64,000 bases of DNA from a virus (taxonomy: Duplodnaviria; Heunggongvirae; Uroviricota; Caudoviricetes): the IMG/VR virus record IMGVR_UViG_3300028591_000088. The stretch is one strand, 5' to 3'. The notes below the pieces were generated by a model, which ran no database searches, was not told the DNA's origin, and worked only from the letters and a program-made list of their open reading frames with translations. The position numbers and the translations under genes are program-made. Shown here piece by piece: positions 59,923 through 64,000 of this stretch. Positions within the stretch are counted from its first letter, which is position 1. Each line of letters begins with the position of its first letter.

Positions 59923-61131
59923 ATGACATTAGTAACTAGGGATAGTAAGGGAAAAATAAGAGTTGTTGATTTATGGTCTGAACATGATGAGGAATCCTAC
60001 ACTATATGTAGAGAAACTTATCAATTAGGAGGAAAACATACCAGACAGCCTGATATTTATATAGAAGAAGGAAAAGCTGGACGTAATTATATAGCCCAAG
60101 GTGAATTAAAATTTATGTCCAAACTAAAAGAGTATAAAGATAAAGGATATAAGGAACTTTCTAAAAAACTGGAAGAATATACTGAAGAAGAACTTAATAA
60201 AATAGTTGGTGATTTTATTACTAATCAGCATGGAGTGCAAAAGCCTATGTTAGCTAAGCAAGCTGATAAGATATCTTCTAAGACTATTGATAAAGTTCCT
60301 TATTGGTACGCTAGTAGAAAAATAGATGGAGTACGCTGTTCTTTTTATTGTGAAAATGGGGAGATACATACATCTAGTAGAGGGGGAGAAGATTATGATT
60401 GTGCTTGTACTCACTTTATAGAGAATGAAAAACTTATTGAATTTTTCAAAAGGCATCCTGGAGTAGTCCTAGACGGTGAACTATATAAACATGGACGAAG
60501 TCTTCAGCAAATCTCAGGTGCAGCGCGCCTTGAGAAAAATGCTTACGACTGTGACTGGTTAGAATACTATATATACGATATCGTCGACACTACTAGAACA
60601 TTTGAAGAACGACTTAAAATATTAGCTGCAATTAAATATGAATTAGGACTTAGTTTTAATCCAGAAAGAGAATGGGCAGAAGGAGAATTACAATTCCAAA
60701 TGGTTCCACAACAGAAGGTGTCGGGCTTCAAAAATATAAATATACTTCATGATATTTATGTATCAGAAGGATGGGAAGGAGTCGTAATACGAGACCCATC
60801 TAAAGTATATAGGCCTAATGGGCGTACTAATGATATGATAAAAATTAAGAAGTATAAGGATGCAGAATTTATAGTAATAGATTATGAACTTGGACTTAGA
60901 GGTACTGAAGATATGACCTTTACTTGCACTACTCCAGCTGGACTTGAATTTAAAGCAAAGCCTTGGGGAGATAGAGCAATTAAAGAGGAGTATGTACGTA
61001 ACTTTAAAACTAAGTATCAATATAAAATGGCTAAGATTAAATTCTTTTATTACTCAAACGGAAATGACGAGAAGACAGGAGTTCCACTTCAACCTTCTCT
61101 TATATGTTTCCGTGATAAATCTGATATGTAA
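59923..61131 (+). CDS. ATP-dependent DNA ligase
   Basis: Adenylation motif I ASRKIDGVRCSF (KxDG). 402 aa, the size of phage ligases. Confidence 0.7.
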   Translation: MTLVTRDSKGKIRVVDLWSEHDEESYTICRETYQLGGKHTRQPDIYIEEGKAGRNYIAQGELKFMSKLKEYKDKGYKELSKKLEEYTEEELNKIVGDFITNQHGVQKPMLAKQADKISSKTIDKVPYWYASRKIDGVRCSFYCENGEIHTSSRGGEDYDCACTHFIENEKLIEFFKRHPGVVLDGELYKHGRSLQQISGAARLEKNAYDCDWLEYYIYDIVDTTRTFEERLKILAAIKYELGLSFNPEREWAEGELQFQMVPQQKVSGFKNINILHDIYVSEGWEGVVIRDPSKVYRPNGRTNDMIKIKKYKDAEFIVIDYELGLRGTEDMTFTCTTPAGLEFKAKPWGDRAIKEEYVRNFKTKYQYKMAKIKFFYYSNGNDEKTGVPLQPSLICFRDKSDM

Positions 61132-61423
61132 TGATTGACTACTTATCTCTTATACCTAAATCTTTTAGAATTGGAGCTCAAGATTATGAGGTTATAATTG
61201 AAGACCATTTAGAAGATGATATTTACGGGGATTATAGTTATACTCCTCCTCAAATAAGATTAGCTAGATATAGTGGAGAAGATAAATTATCAGATAAACA
61301 AATACTAGCTACATTCTATCATGAACTTGGACATTGTATGGATTATATGTTTGATTGTACTACTAACGAAGCTCATGCTCAATGTTTCTCTAATTTTATG
61401 ATGGAATTCTTAGAATCTAAGAA

Positions 61424-61774
61424 ATGAAATTACAAATAAGTAAAAATGCCAATATAAACTATCTATCTAAAGTGGTAGATATTCAGGAATTTATTAAACA
61501 TCCTGATCCTAAAGTAGAAAGAATAAAGTGTGCTGTAGTAGATGGATTTATTATTACTGTAGGTATTGATAGTGAGCCTGGATTATATGTTTACTTCCCT
61601 GTCCTATCTCAAATAAATGGACGTCTATTACAGTATCTTAATTTATATAGGAATAAAGATTTGAATGATGACTCAGAAAAGACAGGATATTTTGAAGATA
61701 AAGGAATTGTTAAAGCAATTAACTTAAGGGGAGTAAAGTCTGAGGGATTCTTAATGCCTTTAATAGACTTGTAG
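61424..61774 (+). CDS. hypothetical protein; possibly the N-terminal part of the next ORF via an in-frame TAG at 61772-61774
   Basis: It is in the same frame as 61910-62806. The 135 nt between them contain no stop. Confidence 0.45.
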   Translation: MKLQISKNANINYLSKVVDIQEFIKHPDPKVERIKCAVVDGFIITVGIDSEPGLYVYFPVLSQINGRLLQYLNLYRNKDLNDDSEKTGYFEDKGIVKAINLRGVKSEGFLMPLIDL

Positions 61775-61909
61775 AACTTTATAATAGACCAAGTTAATGT
61801 AGAGTTAAAAGACGTTACTCCTAATACAGAATTTGACGAAGTAGAGCACAATGGAAAATCATTCTGGATTTCTAAGAAGTATATAGCTCCTGTTCAGAAA
61901 CTTCCTGGA

Positions 61910-62806
61910 ATGTCTGGCTCTTCAAAGGAAAGAAAGAAAAAGAAAGGTCTTGATAAGATTATTGATGAACAATTCCGATTCCATTACGATACTACACTTA
62001 TAAAGAAATGTCCACATGTTATTAAACCTGAGGATATTATTCATATTAGCAGTAAATGGCATGGAACGTCTGGTATATCTGCCTACGTACTATGTCACAA
62101 GAAACTTAATTGGAAGGAGAAAATTGCTAAGTGGCTTACAAAGAATCCTTTTGATACATATGATTATATCTATTCATCTCGCACTGTGATTAAGAATAGA
62201 TATTATAATCAAGGAGTAACAGAGGGTTATTATGGTTGTGATGTATGGAAATATGCAGATGATTATATTAAACCCTTCCTTATTAAAGGAATGACTATCT
62301 ACTATGAGATTGTAGGTTATCTTCCAAATGGTGGATGGATTCAAAAGAACTATGATTATGGTTGTGAACCTCCAACTGCGTTTGAGAATGGACAAGTACA
62401 ATACATACAAGGTAAGAATTTTAAGGTACTTGTTTATCGTATAACTCTTACTAATGTGGATGGTCAAGTACATGAGTTTTCGGCTCATGAAGTACAGACT
62501 TGGTGTAAACAAAGAAACTTACTTTGTGCAATAGAATATTACTATGGGTATGCTTTTGGCTTATATCCAGAACTAGAAGTAGATGAACGCTGGAGTGAAA
62601 ATTTCTTACAAGCACTAGCGAATGATAAATCCTTTAATATGGAACAGAATTCTCCAGAGTGTAATAACAAAGTTCCACATGAAGGTCTTGTTATTAAGAT
62701 AGAGAATATGAAGAGTGAAGCCTTTAAATTAAAGTGTTTCAAGTTCTTAGGATTGGAGCAAGATGAAGCCCTTGCAGGAGAAAGTAATATTGAAGACCAA
62801 TCATAA
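61910..62806 (+). CDS. nucleotidyltransferase / RNA-ligase-like protein (Rnl2-type motif I)
   Basis: HISSKWHGTSG resembles the KxHGT motif I of RNA ligase 2 and ligase nucleotidyltransferases. Adjacent to the DNA ligase. Confidence 0.45.
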   Translation: MSGSSKERKKKKGLDKIIDEQFRFHYDTTLIKKCPHVIKPEDIIHISSKWHGTSGISAYVLCHKKLNWKEKIAKWLTKNPFDTYDYIYSSRTVIKNRYYNQGVTEGYYGCDVWKYADDYIKPFLIKGMTIYYEIVGYLPNGGWIQKNYDYGCEPPTAFENGQVQYIQGKNFKVLVYRITLTNVDGQVHEFSAHEVQTWCKQRNLLCAIEYYYGYAFGLYPELEVDERWSENFLQALANDKSFNMEQNSPECNNKVPHEGLVIKIENMKSEAFKLKCFKFLGLEQDEALAGESNIEDQS

Positions 62807-62909
62807 TGTTTTGGACAATTGCTTTTTGTGTTTACGGCATAGCTGCTGGTATATGCTTAGGAGAATATTTATCAGATGATAACAATAAGTTAATTAAAAA
62901 CTACAATTC

Positions 62910-63755
62910 TTGAAAGCATTTACTATAAAACAAAGTATAACTAATAGAGATAGGGATTCTGTAAATCTTTATCTTAAGGATATTAGTCATATTAAAATGC
63001 TTACACCTGAAGAGGAAAAAGAAGTAGCAATAAAAGCAAAAGCTGGAGATAAGGGGGCAATGTCCCGCCTTATCTCCGCTAATACTCGCTTTGTAGTTTC
63101 TGTAGCTAAACAATATCAAGGACAGGGTCTTGATTTAGAAGATTTAATTGCTGAAGGTAATTTGGGTCTTATTAAAGCTGCAGAAAAATTCGACCCTGAT
63201 AGAGGTTTTAAATTTATTTCTTATGCTGTTTGGTGGATTAGGCAATCTATTCTACAAGCTCTATCTGATAAGTCTAGAACTATCAGACTTCCTCTTAATC
63301 AGGTAACTCTACTAAATAAAATACGTAGAGCTACAGCAGAATTTGCAGGTAAGAATGAGAGAGATCCTTCTCTCAAAGAATTAGAAGAGATAACTGGAAT
63401 TCCTTCTGATAAGATATATTCTATATTAAATATATCTGCTAAACTTATATCAGTAGATTCTCCATTTAAAGATGAAGAGGAAGGTACTTATATAGATATA
63501 ATTCCAAATCAAAATAGTCCAAAGGCTGATGCTGAACTTATGAAAGAATCTAAGGATTCAGATATTGCTAAAGTTTTATCTGTACTTGGGCCACGTTCTC
63601 ATGACATAATAAGAATGTATTTTGGGCTTGGAACTAGAGAATTAACTCTTACTGAGATAAGTGATAAATTTGGAATTACCAGTGAAAGAGTAAGACAAAT
63701 AAAGGAAAAGGCTTTAGATATTATAAAGGATAATGTAAGAATATACCTTAAATGA
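62910..63755 (+). CDS. sigma-70 family RNA polymerase sigma factor
   Basis: Region 2 IAEGNLGLIKAAEKFDPDRGFKFISYAVWWIRQSI. Region 4 helix-turn-helix LTEISDKFGITSERVRQIKEKAL. Confidence 0.85.
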   Translation: MKAFTIKQSITNRDRDSVNLYLKDISHIKMLTPEEEKEVAIKAKAGDKGAMSRLISANTRFVVSVAKQYQGQGLDLEDLIAEGNLGLIKAAEKFDPDRGFKFISYAVWWIRQSILQALSDKSRTIRLPLNQVTLLNKIRRATAEFAGKNERDPSLKELEEITGIPSDKIYSILNISAKLISVDSPFKDEEEGTYIDIIPNQNSPKADAELMKESKDSDIAKVLSVLGPRSHDIIRMYFGLGTRELTLTEISDKFGITSERVRQIKEKALDIIKDNVRIYLK

Positions 63756-64000
63756 AATTTGAAGTATATGATAAAACAATGGTTAATAACTGCTGAGGCT
63801 CCATTCTGTGGAACAGAAACACATTACATTGCCTATTCTAAGGAAGATCCATTGGAACAGTCTGAAGTGGAAGATGAAATAATCCAAGATTTATGGGACA
63901 ATTATTCTTATCTTTTACATATAGATGATGAGGAGTTCGATTCTGAAGAAGAAATGGATGAGGCATGGGATCAAGCCTGGGAAAATTGGAGATGTGATTG

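Overview
The window looks like a fragment of a large virulent phage or jumbo-phage genome: it is AT-rich, nearly all convincing genes are on the + strand, they are tightly packed with ATGA start/stop overlaps, and many T4-like replication and nucleotide-metabolism genes are present.

I see five modules, in order:

(1) 1.5-9.1 kb. A Ter-like calcium/stress module: two TerD-domain proteins, a TerB-like repeat protein, an 817-aa P2-type Ca2+-ATPase and a vWA/MIDAS protein. The module is interrupted by two tRNA-Leu genes.

(2) 5.6-23.7 kb. An exceptionally dense array of structured RNA genes with at least 25 tRNA or tRNA-like genes.
- Two Leu, two Ser, Ala, Asp, Trp, two CAT-anticodon tRNAs, Lys, Ile, Phe, two Gly, His with G-1, Glu and Val resolve well by hand.
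- One tRNA is split by a roughly 560-nt intervening sequence in the anticodon loop.
- One tRNA-like gene has a CUA anticodon, which would make it an amber suppressor.
- Two tRNAs have type-II bodies but carry Asn-like or Gln-like anticodons.
- There are several orphan or permuted tRNA halves.
- A 371-nt tmRNA (ssrA-like) carries a tag reading frame ending in AIAA followed by a stop.
- A GC-rich candidate structured RNA lies nearby.
- A family of at least 11 hairpin-flanked units with an ACAGCAAA core is interleaved with the array.
- A TGGTTCGTGAGAATAGA motif occurs three times.
- Scattered between the RNAs are an HNH endonuclease, RNase H, an acyl carrier protein and small hypothetical genes.

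(3) 24.5-37 kb. A block of small paralogous gene families with a conserved start context, plus an SPFH/prohibitin lipoprotein and small membrane proteins.

(4) 37.7-62.8 kb. A replication and nucleotide-metabolism module:
- an SF2 helicase, a DnaB/RecA-like helicase, a small P-loop ATPase and a Toprim primase;
- a HAD nucleotidase;
- anaerobic RNR nrdD, separated from nrdG by a Zn-ribbon-repeat endonuclease and a metallophosphatase;
- a Dda/RecD-like helicase, dUTPase and an ATP-dependent DNA ligase;
- an RNA-ligase-like ORF interrupted by one in-frame TAG.

(5) 62.9-63.8 kb. A sigma-70 family sigma factor.

I found no CRISPR array, rRNA or integrase. Many additional + strand ORFs in the supplied track between the listed features are probably real hypothetical genes; I did not list them individually. 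Minus-strand ORFs in the track all look spurious.
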